Made by a program: the position numbers and the translations under genes
Shown: piece after piece, positions 1-13,780 of the stretch
Position numbering within the stretch: the first letter of the stretch is position 1
Layout: every line of letters begins with the position of its first letter
Assembly (NCBI GenBank): GCA_965153355.1
Contig: OZ231126.1
Coordinates: 26,846,001-26,910,000 of the forward strand
Direction of reading: 5' to 3'
Source: Flaccisagitta enflata
Lineage: Eukaryota
Length of the DNA: 64,000 bases
The notes under the pieces: generated by a model
What the model was told of the DNA's origin: nothing
What the model saw: the letters and a program-made list of their open reading frames with translations, nothing else
Database searches by the model: none

Positions 1-974
1 CAGGAACCAACCCTCGCCCTTAGTGGACCGACCCAAGGGATATGACCAACGACTAACGACCAAATGAGGCCTGAAACATAACCACACAGGCCACATCCAC
101 GCCTGGGGAAAAATGGTAGCCTGCCCAGGGGCCCGCCCAACAAGACAGGAAGGCGAGGAACTCAATAAGGGGCAATACAACGCACGCCTCTTTTCATCTT
201 TCCCTTGAAAACCTCACCCCCCACTCAACAAACGTGTTAGTACCCCAACCACGACGCTGTCCGGGAGCATAATCACTCGCGAGTGGAAGAGGCTTCTTTT
301 TGTTGAGATCTAGGGATCATTGAGTAGACATGGGCTGCTGCCAAATTGACAATCGACTTCATCGCCCGCACGAAAGAGTCAATTCCACAATGGCCGCCAA
401 AACAAGACATAAGAGAGCCGGCGTTGAGGAGAATTTACCTAGTTAAGACGGGGATAGGGGGGGGGGAAGGGGGGTTTGGGACCTTGTGGTATTTCCAGAC
501 AGGGGAACATGACCGGAAATACATCAGGGATTAAAAACCAGCAATGATAAGAGATACTACACCTAAAATAAATAATTAAAGTCAGCCAACGTGTAAATGT
601 CACGTTAAGAATAGATAGAAATAAAAAACGCGCAAACGCAAAACGAACAACGAAATCACGTGCTAAAAACGCGAAACGCAAAACGAAATTGACCAAAAAT
701 ACCAATCAATGACCAGCAATAAATAATGTTACAATAATAATGCATAAAAATGATAAAAAGGCGCAGCCAAAAAACGACAAAACCATCCCTTATCCCCTAC
801 CCATTGGGTAACAAATCACAAGCGATAAAAACAGAAGAAACCAAAAGAGAAAAGGAGACAGAGCGAAACGGAGCAGGGAAGAGAAAGAGTCAAAGGGAGC
901 AGGGAAGAGAACGAAAGAACACAAGAGAGGCAAAAACGAGAAGGAAAAAAGAAAGGAGAGACCGAGAGAGAGAA

Positions 975-1145
975 TGAGAAAGAGAACGAGAACGAGAAAG
1001 AGAACGAGAGAGAGAACGAGAGAGAGAACGAGAAAGAGAACGAGAAAGAGAACGAGAAAGAGAACGAGAAAGAGAACGAGAAAGAGAACGAGAAAGAGAG
1101 CGAGAGAAACAACAAAACAGAACGAGAAACAGAACGAGAGAGAAC
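975..1145. repeat. 12-bp minisatellite (GAGAACGAGAAA)n
   Basis: Directly visible tandem array; it produces the spurious SRSL/RKRT ORFs. Confidence 0.9.
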
Positions 1146-1800
1146 AAAAACACTACGCAAAACAAAACAATGCCCATCACCTAAAATGATGATGAGGAAG
1201 AGCGTGGAAATCGACTTTTGGAGATTCCTCTGCTTCTTTAATCCCATCGAACGTCGAGAGACGTAGCCAGTGGAGGAGGAGGAGGAGGAGAAGACGGAGG
1301 AAGGGAGAATGATCGGCGCCATCTTTGAAAGGAGCCGAGACGACGAGTGCCGCCATCTTTCTTCCTGCGTGGGCCGGAAGTGATCACGGGCGCCCTCCAG
1401 CAATTGAAAAAACCGTCCGGAAGCAACTGTTGGGTGAATACAAAGAAAACACGCAAACAGAGGACGTAAAAACGTTATCGAAACACTAACAGATAAGGGG
1501 CGGGAAAAGAAAGGGCTATGCATTGAAACGATTTGACTCAGTGCAACATGGTCAAGCAATCCTCAATGTCAATCACTCTTTCAATTAAACTTATCCGTTT
1601 TAGAAGTGTCGATATGGAACACATAAAAATGCATTCCATCGCCAAAATCCAAAATCCAGCTGTCAAAGGCCCCTCCACCGGACAAATGGAAGACTTCAAG
1701 GAGCTGGGGACGCGTCTGTTTGCAATCACGTGACTTGTATGGACATGAAGGCGCATTTGCGGAAGTGAGGCAAGAAGGGTAGATTGGATGGTAAAATAAC

Positions 1801-3828
1801 TCATTGATTAAAATTCCGGCCGTGAAGGATCGTTGCGTGGCCTCGGCCGCACATTTGACACGTTGGCTTATTGTCGCAGTATTTGGCCGTGTGGCCCTTC
1901 ACAAAGCAATGGTAGCAGAGTTCACGCTTTGACAAAATGTCCACTCTTGAGTCGACGGAGACTTCTATCAAAATGGGGCACTGGGAGGCAGGGTGGGGAT
2001 GGCCACAAACCCCACACACCGTCAAATGTTCGTCGGGTGGCATTTGCCCACATTTCCTTTTAATTATTGCCCATCGCTCCACCAGCTCTACCAAATTACG
2101 GTAGTCATAGCTTCCGCGGCCACTCATTTCCGATTCAAAGTTTTCCGTCCAAAATTTGTCGGCGAGATGAGGGAGTCGATTCTTGAGGATGAGACGAAGT
2201 CTGTTATCGTTATGACACACCTCTTCCTCTCCACACACCATCGCCACCTTTTCAGCCTTCAGCAATTCCGCGTATAGGAGAAAGTGGGCCTTGTAATCAT
2301 GCTCTGCGATTGGAGGAGCGGATGCAATTCCATCAAGCAGTGCGCCAACTGTACTTGAGTCCCCTTGGAATATCGTGTCCATCCGTTTAAAGCACTGCCC
2401 CAACTCAAAGGCGGCAGTTTCTGCTGTCACGCCAATTGTCGCCGTCATGATGACATCAGATACAGGGCCACTAAACCAATGTGGTAACTCCAAAATCATG
2501 TCCATTTCCGTAATTCCCTTGTTATTTGCTGCCTCCAGAAATCTCCGTTTCACGACAATGTAGTCTGCAGGCGTCAATGACTGGTATGGAGTTCTTGGTC
2601 GCGCCTTTTCCAAGTTCCTATAACCAATTTCCTGCCATCTAATGAAATTGTCCGCATGGGATGCTGTAATGAATTTCCCAATGGCACCATCTAGCGAGAC
2701 TGTTGAGGGTTGGTGCGCTAAACCCTGCCGTGCCGCATGGGAACCCGTTTGGCGCCGCGTTAAAGGAGATGAAGGAGGAAGAGGAGAATGAAAGTGGTGT
2801 TCATCGATAGATTGAGATTCGTTGACCCCTGCAGCCATCTGTTGTCTCGGCGGTTGTTGTTGGTAACCACCACCAAACGCTGACCGCCGCTGGGGCACAT
2901 AGTCTTCCTTTACGATTGTACCACGTAGTGGAGGCGGAGGAGGAGGATTGGAAGGATGGTGATGAATTTGTGTCGTCTGAGGTTCATGGTGATCTGTGAC
3001 TGTCGGACGTTCCTGGGATGGTTGCTGATGTCGATAACCACCACCGACTACTACCAACTGCTCGTGATCTCCACCCACCTGCCTGACGATCTCACCATCA
3101 CCATTCGCAGTTCTAGCAATCTGATCCCCCTCGATTCGATATTGCCGCTGATGGTGCTGCTGACGAGCTTGTTGAGACACCGGAGGTTGTCGATGATGGT
3201 GCTGTTGAAGCTGCTCGTGTACCGGCTCTCGCGTTGTTTCTTCCGAAGAGAAATGTTGCATCGGCCTAACATCCCGCTGCTCAAATGCGCCATCTAATTC
3301 ACCTCGGTTCTGGTCGTCCCAACTCATGCGTCGCAATGCCTCGTCAACCGCTTCCGCATCAAAACCCAATTTATGGGGGGTACATCGGCAATATTTAAGA
3401 ATTCCCTCCGTTGTCGGGAATTTATCGGAGTACAAGTCTGTTGCGAAAAATTTCATCTTTGCCCATTTGCTACGCACAGTTTTCAGGCTATTTGCAGTGT
3501 ACGTCCACAAATCGTATGCATCGTCAAGCTCGCCTGATTTCGAAATGTCGTTGGTTTTGGCGAGGTAACGATAAACGATTCCTTGAAGGCCGTCGCGCGC
3601 AAAATCTGAATCTGCCGCTGCCATTTCATCTTCGGGGTTGATGGCCGCGTTATTAAAGGCCATTTGAGCCTCATTTAAGGCCGCTACCACATTTGCACGC
3701 ATCTCGCGCAACTCGATGATACAATCATGTTGGCAACCCGCAAAGTATGATGCCAAAGACGAAATTGAGGTGTTGTGTACACCCCTATCAACCATCGTTG
3801 TCGACGGAACAGACATTCTAGCGTCCAT
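1801..3828 (-). CDS. gag: BEL/Pao-type retrotransposon Gag (675 aa), Gag only
   Basis: Uninterrupted ATG ORF ending in three zinc knuckles (CGVCGHPHPASQC, CYHCFVKGHTAKYC, CQMCGRGHATILH), the BEL/Pao Gag signature. A capsid-like segment (DYIVVKRRFLEA...LELPHWFSGPVSDVI) lies upstream. The stop follows the third knuckle directly. Confidence 0.85.
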   Translation of the reverse strand: MDARMSVPSTTMVDRGVHNTSISSLASYFAGCQHDCIIELREMRANVVAALNEAQMAFNNAAINPEDEMAAADSDFARDGLQGIVYRYLAKTNDISKSGELDDAYDLWTYTANSLKTVRSKWAKMKFFATDLYSDKFPTTEGILKYCRCTPHKLGFDAEAVDEALRRMSWDDQNRGELDGAFEQRDVRPMQHFSSEETTREPVHEQLQQHHHRQPPVSQQARQQHHQRQYRIEGDQIARTANGDGEIVRQVGGDHEQLVVVGGGYRHQQPSQERPTVTDHHEPQTTQIHHHPSNPPPPPPLRGTIVKEDYVPQRRSAFGGGYQQQPPRQQMAAGVNESQSIDEHHFHSPLPPSSPLTRRQTGSHAARQGLAHQPSTVSLDGAIGKFITASHADNFIRWQEIGYRNLEKARPRTPYQSLTPADYIVVKRRFLEAANNKGITEMDMILELPHWFSGPVSDVIMTATIGVTAETAAFELGQCFKRMDTIFQGDSSTVGALLDGIASAPPIAEHDYKAHFLLYAELLKAEKVAMVCGEEEVCHNDNRLRLILKNRLPHLADKFWTENFESEMSGRGSYDYRNLVELVERWAIIKRKCGQMPPDEHLTVCGVCGHPHPASQCPILIEVSVDSRVDILSKRELCYHCFVKGHTAKYCDNKPTCQMCGRGHATILHGRNFNQ

Positions 3829-3898
3829 TGGAAACTGGCGCGATAACGTTTTTAGAGTCCATTTTGCTTGGACTTTTTCACTTGCTTAATCTACGTCG

Positions 3899-4046
3899 AA
3901 ATTCAGCGTCAGTTAAGCATCACCCGTCGGTTTTAGCTCGCAGAAAAATGGACCGGGTTCGCTACCACCGACCATGTCAAAATTCAGCGTCAGTTAAGCA
4001 TCGCCCGTCGGTTTTTAGCGCGCAAATAAACAGGTTCGCTACCACC
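3899..4046. repeat. Two-copy direct repeat (81-bp period) in the gag leader
   Basis: aaattcagcgtcagttaagcatc...gttcgctaccacc at 3899-3969 and 3980-4046. Confidence 0.85.
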
Positions 4047-4381
4047 AACGCCAAATGCACTTGGGGAAAGCACAATGTATCCCGACGTTAAAAGGACGAT
4101 TCGTCGACGCGTAAATTCTCTCATTGACATCACGTCCCGGCGCCCCGGCGCCATAGGCCGTCACTTAGCATGACAGCATCCCGGGTCAGGGCAGGGGACA
4201 CGAATAGACGAGTGAAGACGGCGTCGATTTTTTAATTTATTTTACTGTGAGATTGCGACATGGTTTCCTGCCGCCAGTTCACGCTTTTGGCGATTGCTTG
4301 TCTATTTAGCTTAGCGTGAACACGTCCTTTTTCTGCCTAATTTGCATGTTGAGGCGTGTGGAAAATGAGAACTTCCATTGT

Positions 4382-4399
4382 AATTCTACATCGCCGCCA
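4382..4399 (-). promoter_or_regulatory. Candidate tRNA primer-binding site after a putative LTR end
   Basis: Minus strand reads ...AATAGACACA-T-TGGCGGCGATGTAGAATT (CA, 1-nt spacer, TGG), ~550 nt upstream of gag. No second LTR is visible to confirm it. Confidence 0.45.
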
Positions 4400-5084
4400 A
4401 TGTGTCTATTTTGTTTAAGTAAAATAAATTAATGAAAGTTTGCCACCACACCTCTCACAAAAAGGCTCTAAATTGAACAAGAAAAAAGAAAAAATTAATA
4501 CATGACCCCACAGTTGAGACAATACGAGACCAAAACGATAAAAACGATGCAATAACGATAAAACGACGCGAAAACGATAAAAATACAAGGAAAAAAATGA
4601 TAAAAAACGCGCACATATTTCCAGCAGCGAAGCATCGATAAAGAATAAAATCAACTCCGTAAGACTACAGACGGAAAAAATCAAAAAGGGCAATGCATGC
4701 GACAAAAAATGGAAACAAAAAACAAAAGACGCATTTCCAAAAGTGGTGCAAGTTGATTAGGGGCTTTGGAGAAACATCTACGCACACAAACTTTCACAAA
4801 GGCTTCAAATCTAAAACTCAACACTATTTTCTTGTTATTTTTTGTTGTATGGCCGTTAACCTAAAAAGTGAGAAAAATTACCAGTTTGAAGGTCAAAACA
4901 CATTTTTTTGCCTTGATCAGTTACTTAGGACATTTATCTACCAAATGGACTTCTTTGCACCACCCTGCAAGGAAAAGGGTTGTCATTTTGTTTGACCGAC
5001 AATGCTCTTATCTACCGTTTGAAACCGCCTCAGCGCCGATGGCTATAAACAGCAGTCAAAACGACAGACAAAAAAAAAAACAAA

Positions 5085-5670
<586 letters not shown>

Positions 5671-6168
5671 AACGACAACAATCACAAAAGTAATGAGAGA
5701 CGAAATGTTTGTACGATGTACTTGTTGCGATGGATGAAGCGTCTAGTTTACTTCAAACTGACCGGTTGAGTTGATGGAGACTGAGACTTCGCTTCCGTCG
5801 TCCTGCGCCACCTCCGCCATTAATTTTGCGCCTCCAGAGCTAAAAGAAAGATCTAAATCATGTCCTTCCGTCCGTCCATCCGTCCATCCGTCCATCCGTC
5901 CATCAATTTTTCCGTCTGTCCGAAACATTTTGATTAGTCGCGTTTCTTCGAGATATTACCTGGCCCAAATACCACAAGATATAACACCGTGCGCCGCATC
6001 TTGTTATCGCTTGCATGCTGCTATCAAGAGCATTTTGTTTACATTTTTGCCTTTTTTAGGACAAAGCATTTATATCTTCATGTATAGAACCAGTTATAAC
6101 TCTATGTCTTCGTACTTGCGCTCGCTGCGCATATAGGCGGTTTGATCGCAGCTTATCGACTGACCAGA

Positions 6169-6499
<331 letters not shown>

Positions 6500-6754
6500 T
6501 TTAAATGGAATAACAAAAAGGAGCTAACATTTCGACTCTCTCACTTGGTTGCCGCCGATGCCGTGGGTTTGACCATGACCACCCACTATGCGCCAAAATG
6601 ATGCAAAATACACTGTAGGCTAAAAGGTACCAAAATGAATATAAAATAAAAGATAACTTTAAAAAAAAGAAAATTAACAAGAAAACAAGTTTTTAATTAT
6701 TCTATTGATATCTAAAACATCAAAAAATATGTTGAAGATATGAAAGTATTAAAA

Positions 6755-7194
6755 AACGAGGCCAACACCTATAAGTCGCATGTGGGACATAGATAACTTA
6801 AGATGACTTTTATTGACTCAAGATGACTTAAAATGACTCCAGACGACTTTAAATAACTTAAAAAGACAAAATGACTGAAATTACTATTTTAACCTACTTG
6901 ACTTAAGTGACTTAGAATAACTTAGAATGACTTAAAATGACTTAGAATGACTTAGAATGACTTAGGATGACGTAGAATGACTTAGAATGACTAGAAATAA
7001 CTTAAAGTATAATAAAAAAGTAAAGCGTGACGGATGGACTGACGGACGGATGGACGGACGGACGGACGGACGGACGGATGGACGGACGGACGGACGGACG
7101 GACGGACCAACGGACGGACGGACCAACGGACGGACGGTCCAACGGACGGACGGACCGACAAAGGGGGTTGTAGAGTCGCGTGCACGCGACTAAA
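6755..7194 (-). mobile_element. DINE-1/HINE-like element with central 10-bp (AATGACTTAG)n array
   Basis: AGTCGCGTGCACGCGACT hairpin, (GTCC)n tract, and a 3' end whose reverse complement matches the plus-strand copy at ~20121-20470 (...cacgcgacacataggtgttggccatgtt). Confidence 0.7.
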
Positions 7195-7384
7195 AAAAAT
7201 TGTACATAGTTTTTTAGCAAAAAAACGAAGATGATTGATCAAGCCTTTTATTTTGAATATAAAAAGTTTCTTATGCAATAATTGGTTTTAAATAGAAAAT
7301 CATTTATGCTGGAAACTTTCTTGTGCTAAAAGAAATTACAAAAACAAAAAGGATTAAAAATTACAACGTTACAAATTTGAAATA

Positions 7385-7830
7385 AAAATTTTAAATTTTT
7401 TTTTTAAGTGAAAATTTTTGAAGCGGAAATTTAAAAGAAAATGAAATAAGTCCAACAAAATTCAAGCAAAGAAAATTTTCAAAGTGAAATTTTTAGAAAT
7501 AAAAATTTTTGTCGTGAAAATTTTTGTCATGAAAATTTTTGTCGTGAAAATTTTTATCGTGAAAATTTTTGTTATAAAAATCTTTGAAGTGAAAATTTTT
7601 GAGATGAAAATTTTTGAAGTGAAATTTTGAGAAGCGAAAATTTTGAAGTAAAAACTTTTAAGTGAAAATTGAAGTAAAAAAATTTTAGCATAAAAATGTT
7701 GAAAACAATTTTTAAAGTGAAAATTTTTAATAGGAAAATTTTTGTCGTGAAAATATTTGAAGTCAATATTTTTGTAACGAAAATTTTTGAAGTGAAAATT
7801 TTTGAAGTGAAAATTTAAATGAAAAAAAAT
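7385..7830. repeat. AT-rich degenerate tandem array (GTGAAAATTTTT-based units)
   Basis: Repeated gtgaaaattttt(gaa/gtc). Confidence 0.8.
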
Positions 7831-8317
7831 CTCGAAGCCTAAAAAATTTAGCGTGGTATAGAGTCACATAGCCCATGACAAAAATGTATGAAACCAATTT
7901 AAAAGGAGCAGCACTGCAAAATTTATAGCATATAAAAAAATCATGATTGATTTACCTATTAAAAACAACATATGAATAACTTTGATCCTATTTCTATGTT
8001 TTTAGGTGCACTAAAGCACCTCTGTAATTGGCTATGTCTGTCAGTTGGTTGGTCGGTCAGTTGGTTGGTTGGTCAGTTGGTTGGTTTGTTGATTAGTTGG
8101 TAATGCATTTGTTCGACAATCCACACGTTGCACCTATTCGCCTACTTAGCCTTGTTAGCTTATAGTGTATTTTCTTTCACTTACACCCATAGTGTATTTT
8201 GATCTCAGGCAACCCAATGTGCAGATTCGACAAGGCACACTGGCCCGGTATCAAGCATATGTAACTCTCTCCAAACCATGAATGGCGATTTTTTTTCAAA
8301 GATATAGTGTTTTTTAA

Positions 8318-8449
8318 TAGGTGCGACAAAGCACCTCCATAACTGGCTGTGTCCGTTGGTCTGTCGGTCGGTTGGTCTGTTGGTCTGTCGGGTAACGCAT
8401 TTGTTCGTCGATCCATATGTCGCACCTTATTGGCCTACTGGGCCTTGTT
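8318..8449 (+). mobile_element. Short HINE-like element, AGGTGC subfamily (other copies ~8003-8155 +, ~10231-10362 -)
   Basis: 5' AGGTGC..GCACCT hairpin, GTYG microsatellite, 3' gcacct subterminal repeat and ggcc..ggcc-ttgtt stem-loop. Confidence 0.65.
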
Positions 8450-8559
8450 CATGAATTCAAGCCTGGTTTAACCTAGATCCATCTATTTCATCATGATCAT
8501 GTCCCTGGACCAATTGGAGTCAAGGCCAATTTGATGTCAAAACCCACCGAAGTTGATAG

Positions 8560-9460
8560 ATATTCATAAAATCATAACTTTTTTTCTTATTGGAGTAAAA
8601 CTTTGGGAAAGAGCTCATTTGAAGCGTAATTTTTAAGTAGTTTTTCTGTACAAAATTTCAGCTTAATCGGTGAAGCAGTTGCCGAGAAAATTGAATTTCT
8701 TTTCAAAAAAGGCAATTTATTTTGACTCTTTTTTTTCTGACACGTTTTATAGCAACTCCGTGTACGCACGTGTACGCGAGATATTGCTCCATTGACCAAG
8801 ATAAATCCAAAGAATGATATATTGGGGTCTAAAAGCCGCGTGGCGAACCGAGGCGACTCCCAACTGACCGCTCTACAACTTATAATTCACAATTTAGTCC
8901 AAATTGCTGCAAAAAGAATACTCGAAATTTTTAAATTTTCATAAAATCATATCTCATCTTCTAATTGGAGTAAAACTTTGGGAAAGAGTTTCGAAGCATA
9001 TTTTTAAATAGTTTTTCTGTACAAAATTTCAGTTCAATCGTTCAAGCGGAGAAAATAAAAATTCTCTTCAAAAAAGGCAATTTATTTTTACTCTTTTTTT
9101 TCTGACACAGTTTTTAGCAACTCCGTGTACACACGTGTACGTGGGATATGGCTCCCCCGACCAAGACAAATCAAAAGTATGATTCATTGGGGTCTAAAAG
9201 CCGCGTGGCGAGCCGCAGCGACCTAAAAATGACCGCTCTTCAATTCGTAATTCACTACCAAGTCAAAATCGCTACAAATTAAAACACGCGGAATATTTTA
9301 ATATTCTTGAAATCATAAATCCTGTACTAATTGGAGGAAAACTTTGGGATAGGGCTCATTCTACGCGTATTTCTTAGTCGTTTCTCTGTACAAGATTTCA
9401 GCTCAATCGGTCAGGAGATCATTGAGAAAATTGAACTTCTTTTTCAAAAAAGGCCTTAAA
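8560..9460. repeat. ~370-bp tandem repeat (about 2.4 copies), probably inside a DNA transposon
   Basis: attggag(t/g)aaaactttggga recurs at 8589, 8964 and 9330; gggtctaaaagccgcgtggcga also recurs. Confidence 0.8.
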
Positions 9461-11355
9461 ATCAGATTTTTAGTCGCGGACACGCGACTCTACACCTTGC
9501 TGTGTCGGTCGGTAGGTCGGTAAGTCGGTAGATCGGTAGCATCTGAAATAATGAACCTCACTCTTTTAATTGTTTTATTTACCTTTGATTAATTTTGGTC
9601 AAAATACTTGTCTGAATGGGTTATTCAATAAGGATTCCAGTAGAGTATTTTTTTCTCTTTTCAGCCTAAGGAGTGACAGACTTTTCTAGTTTTCAATCAA
9701 GAAAAAAATAATCTTGAAAAAAAATCGAATCTGGCTAAGACTAAGACAATATAAGCTTCACCTAAGCAATGAGTGTTCTGAGAATTCTCCTATGGTTACG
9801 AACTTTTTTGAATTCCGAGTGGTTTTTGCATTATTGCTCCTGCCCAACCGTCCGCGACTGGATTGCCGTGCATCCGGCATTGTTTCTTCTCAATTTTACA
9901 TTTTACGACACAATGTGTGCCCGTGTACCTAGGTTATGGCGTTATTGGCCTTGACTGCTCTCAAGTATGATGCATTTGGGTCTAAAAACCATGTGGCGAG
10001 CCAAGGCGACCCACAACTGACCACCTAACTGCACTGAACACCTCCTCAATCCTCGTGACAACCGCATCTCTAACAAGCCACTTGGTCGCTCACTACAGTC
10101 GTTCGCTCGCACCGCTCACTCTACCCGTTTTGTCTGCAGCACAAGGCTTGCTCCATCCACAGGCTTTCGACCAATGAACATACCCTTTGATCAGTCGCTT
10201 AGCAAGAGACGAAAAAACATTCATGAATGAACAAAGCCAAGTAGGCCAATAAGGCGCGACATGTGGATCGTCGAACGAATGCGTTACCCGACTGACAGAC
10301 CGACCAACCAACCAACCGACCGACGGACACAGTCAGTTATGAAGGTGCTTTGTCGCACCTAAAAAAACAAGTGACGCGGGGTCACAATATTGTTGCGGAC
10401 GGGTGGGCAGGGGCATCCGACCCCCAGCCTCACCCCAACCTCCAACTCCCAACCCCTCTCCAACACAAACACACAATAACAACTGCAGCATCAAAAATTC
10501 ACACTTTTTCAACTTGATGACCCCGGACGGACCAATGGACGGACAGACCGTCAGACAGACTGACGGACAAAGCCTCTTATAGAGTTGTGTGTCCGCAATT
10601 AAAGAATCAAGGTGCCATCAGTAGACGGATGGAGCAATAGACTGAGACATAAACCTTGCCGCATACAGTTGACTCCCCCTCCAATGGATTTGAAGGGACC
10701 AACAAATTTTATCTGTTATAAGCAGAATTCTGTTCTAGCCAATATGGGACAAAAAATTAGTTCAAAGCCCAAATCCCAGTCTCAAGGCCCAAATCCCAAC
10801 CTCAAAGCCCCAATCTCAGCCTTAAAAGACTAAATTTCAGCCTCAAGAACAGAATTCAGCCCCAAAACAAAAAGGCCCAAATCCCAACTGCTAGAAGGTG
10901 AAACTTCCTCATATGTGAAAGCATAGGTCATTGGCCCCTCTGAGGGTGCTGCCCTTCTTCCTTCCCTAACTTTAATCACAAACTACTTGGGCAGGGCACA
11001 GGTATCGCTGATCATTTACCGCTTTTGTTATTTTTCTTCTTTTTTTTGGGGGGGGGGGGCAGCTGCCCTGGAAGACACAGGACACAGGGGTGAATTTCCT
11101 TCCATCTGTTTTTCCGTCTGTCCATCTGTCTGTCTGTCCATCTGTCTATCCAAATATCCCTCCTAAGGCCCAAATCTGGCTCTTTCAGGCTTGAAATCAA
11201 TCCCACGAAACCCAAATCAACCCTCTCAGTTCCAAAATCAACCTTCTTAGGCCCTAAATCAGTGCACTTTGGCGCAAAATCAGCTCTCTTTGGCCCTAAA
11301 TCAACCCTCCCAGGCTTGTATTCAGCCTTCTCAGGCCTGAAATAAGCCCTATAAG

Positions 11356-11854
11356 CAGCCCTGATCTTAGTGATTTTCTTCAGCGGGCCAGTCGGGCCCG
11401 CTCCTATCAATTTTAGTGTGCCCGACAGAGAAACAGCAGGCCCAACATGTGCCAGAACTACTGTCGGGAGAGAGAGAGAGAGACAGACAGAGAAAGATAG
11501 AAGGAATGATAAAAGATGGTATGGTTATGAAAGGAAAAGAATGTATACACAACACAAAGAGATCAAAGAAAAAAATGAAAAAAAGAAAATGAAAAAAAAA
11601 TGATGATTAAAAAAAGAAAAGAAAAGAAAAAAGAAGAAGAAAGAAGAAAGTAAAAAAAAAAAGAAAAAAAGAAAGAACAAACAAGGAAAAAAGGATGGAA
11701 GAAAAAAAAGAAAAAAGTATAAAAGAAAGAAAAAAGAGAGAATAAAAAAGAAGGAAAAAAGAGAGAAATAGAAAAAAAAGGAAAGTTGATAGTCTCTCTC
11801 TCTCTGTCTGTCTCTCTCTGTCTGTCTCTCTCTGTTTCTCTGTCTCTGTCTGTC

Positions 11855-11937
<83 letters not shown>

Positions 11938-12081
11938 AAGCAATATCCCCACTTGAGCAATAACAAAAAATTTCAAGCAAAATGAGAACGGGCCGGTTGG
12001 GCCCGCAGCAAGAAAAACATGCGGGCCCAATAGCCAAAACGCAGGCCTCGGGCCCGTGGGCCCGCTCTAAAATCAGGGCTG
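11356..12081. mobile_element. hAT-type MITE
   Basis: TIR CAGCCCTGAT / ATCAGGGCTG; 8-bp TSD CCTATAAG at 11348-11355 and 12082-12089. Confidence 0.85.
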
Positions 12082-13035
12082 CCTATAAGGTCTCAAATTT
12101 GCCCTCTCAAACCTGAAGCCTGACCTCTTAGGATTGATGGACATATGGAAATTCACTCCAGTGTCCTAAAAGACATTGGCCCTTTAAGGCCGCTGCCCTA
12201 CTTTCACGCACTTTTTCAGCTGATCACTCAAAGTAGGGTATTAGATACGACTGACATTGTGTGATCCTTGGATGACTCATTGTTTATCTCTTTGTCTGCT
12301 TAAAACTTCAACTATGTTGTTTGGGCAGCAGCCTCAAATATAACACAGGGGTGAAGCTTTATACATCTATTTGTCTGTCTGTCCGCGACAACCCTCAAAA
12401 AAGCCTGTGGCGTCAATCCAGCTAGAGACCTGGAATCAACCCTCCAACGCCTAAAATCATTCCGTTTAGACCCTGAATCAACCCTCTTAGGCCTAAAATC
12501 AGTCTTCTTAGGCCTTAAATCAGCTCTCTTTGGCCCTATATCATCCCTCATTGACTTAAAATCAGCTCTTTTAGGTGTGCATCAATTCTCACCTTGCTGA
12601 AATCAGCCCTCCCTGGTCTTAAGTCAATCTTTACAGGCGTAAAATCAGTCCTCATAAGCCTTAAATCATCCCTTAGGGCTTAAGATTAACCCTTTTGCAA
12701 CTAATTGCCTAATCTAGATCACTGTAGCCTAAAATAAGACCTCTAAGGCATTATCAGGCCCTTTCAGCCCCCATAACTGGACATATGAAAATTCACCACT
12801 GTGTACTACAGGATATCAGCCCTTTAGGCGTGCTGCCCTACTCAACCCTCCTTATCACCTTAACACCTCATGCAAGGCAACAGAACATGTGAGATCCTTG
12901 TTGCTCATATGAGGGGTCCCCCAGGACCCCTGGGGCCCAGGCAACTTTTTTTCAAATGGCGGTGACTACTCTTTTGCAAGACTTTGGATTTAATTGAGCT
13001 TACTGGCCCCTCAGAGCCTGAAAACATGCTCTTTA

Positions 13036-13780
13036 AGGCTTAAATCATGTCTTGAGAAAAAAATCACATTTTTGTCATTTTGACACATCTCATTGAAAAT
13101 TATGAATTTGCATAAAAAATGAAAAAATGCAAAAACAAAAAACATCAGCCTCTGGCAAAATCCAGTGTCTAGAGGCTCATGTCTTTGGAAATGCAAAATT
13201 CTTCTTAGTTTTACATATTCATAATTTTTAAAATTCAAAATATTTTTTTCAAAAATCTTAGATTGCGACACATCTCAGCAAAAAACGAGTAAAAACGCAG
13301 ATTAAAACGTACGCAGGTGGATGAAATTTAAACTGTAACTGAATTACACATCCAGTTCACTTGTCTTAAAATCTTGTGGGGCTGCGCCATCAGGAAGTGC
13401 GCCAATTCAAGGCCTAAATCAAGTCTAGAGAGAAAAATCACAATTTTGTCATTTTGACACATCTCATTGAGAATTATGAATTTGCATAAAAAATGAAAAA
13501 ATGCAAAAACGAAAAACATCAGCCTCTAGCAAAATCCAATATCTAGAGGCTCATGTTTTTGAAAATGCAAAATCACCCTTAGTTTTCCATATTCATAATT
13601 CTCAAAATTCAAAATGCTTTTTTCCAAAATCTTGGATTACAACACATCTCAGCAAAAAAAGAGTAAAAATGCAGGTTAGAATAGTCGCAGGTGGATGAAA
13701 TTTGAACTGCAGGTGGATTACACATCCAGTTGACTTGTACTAAAATCTTGTGGAGCTGCGCCATCAGGAAGTGCGCCAAA
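13036..13780. repeat. Two-copy 374-bp direct tandem repeat
   Basis: ctgcgccatcaggaagtgcgccaa at 13382 and 13756; the units are colinear. Confidence 0.85.

Noticed and set aside
1-1800. 3' LTR or pol of the Gag element
   Set aside because: No match to 4401-4780 and no recognisable protease, RT or integrase motif.
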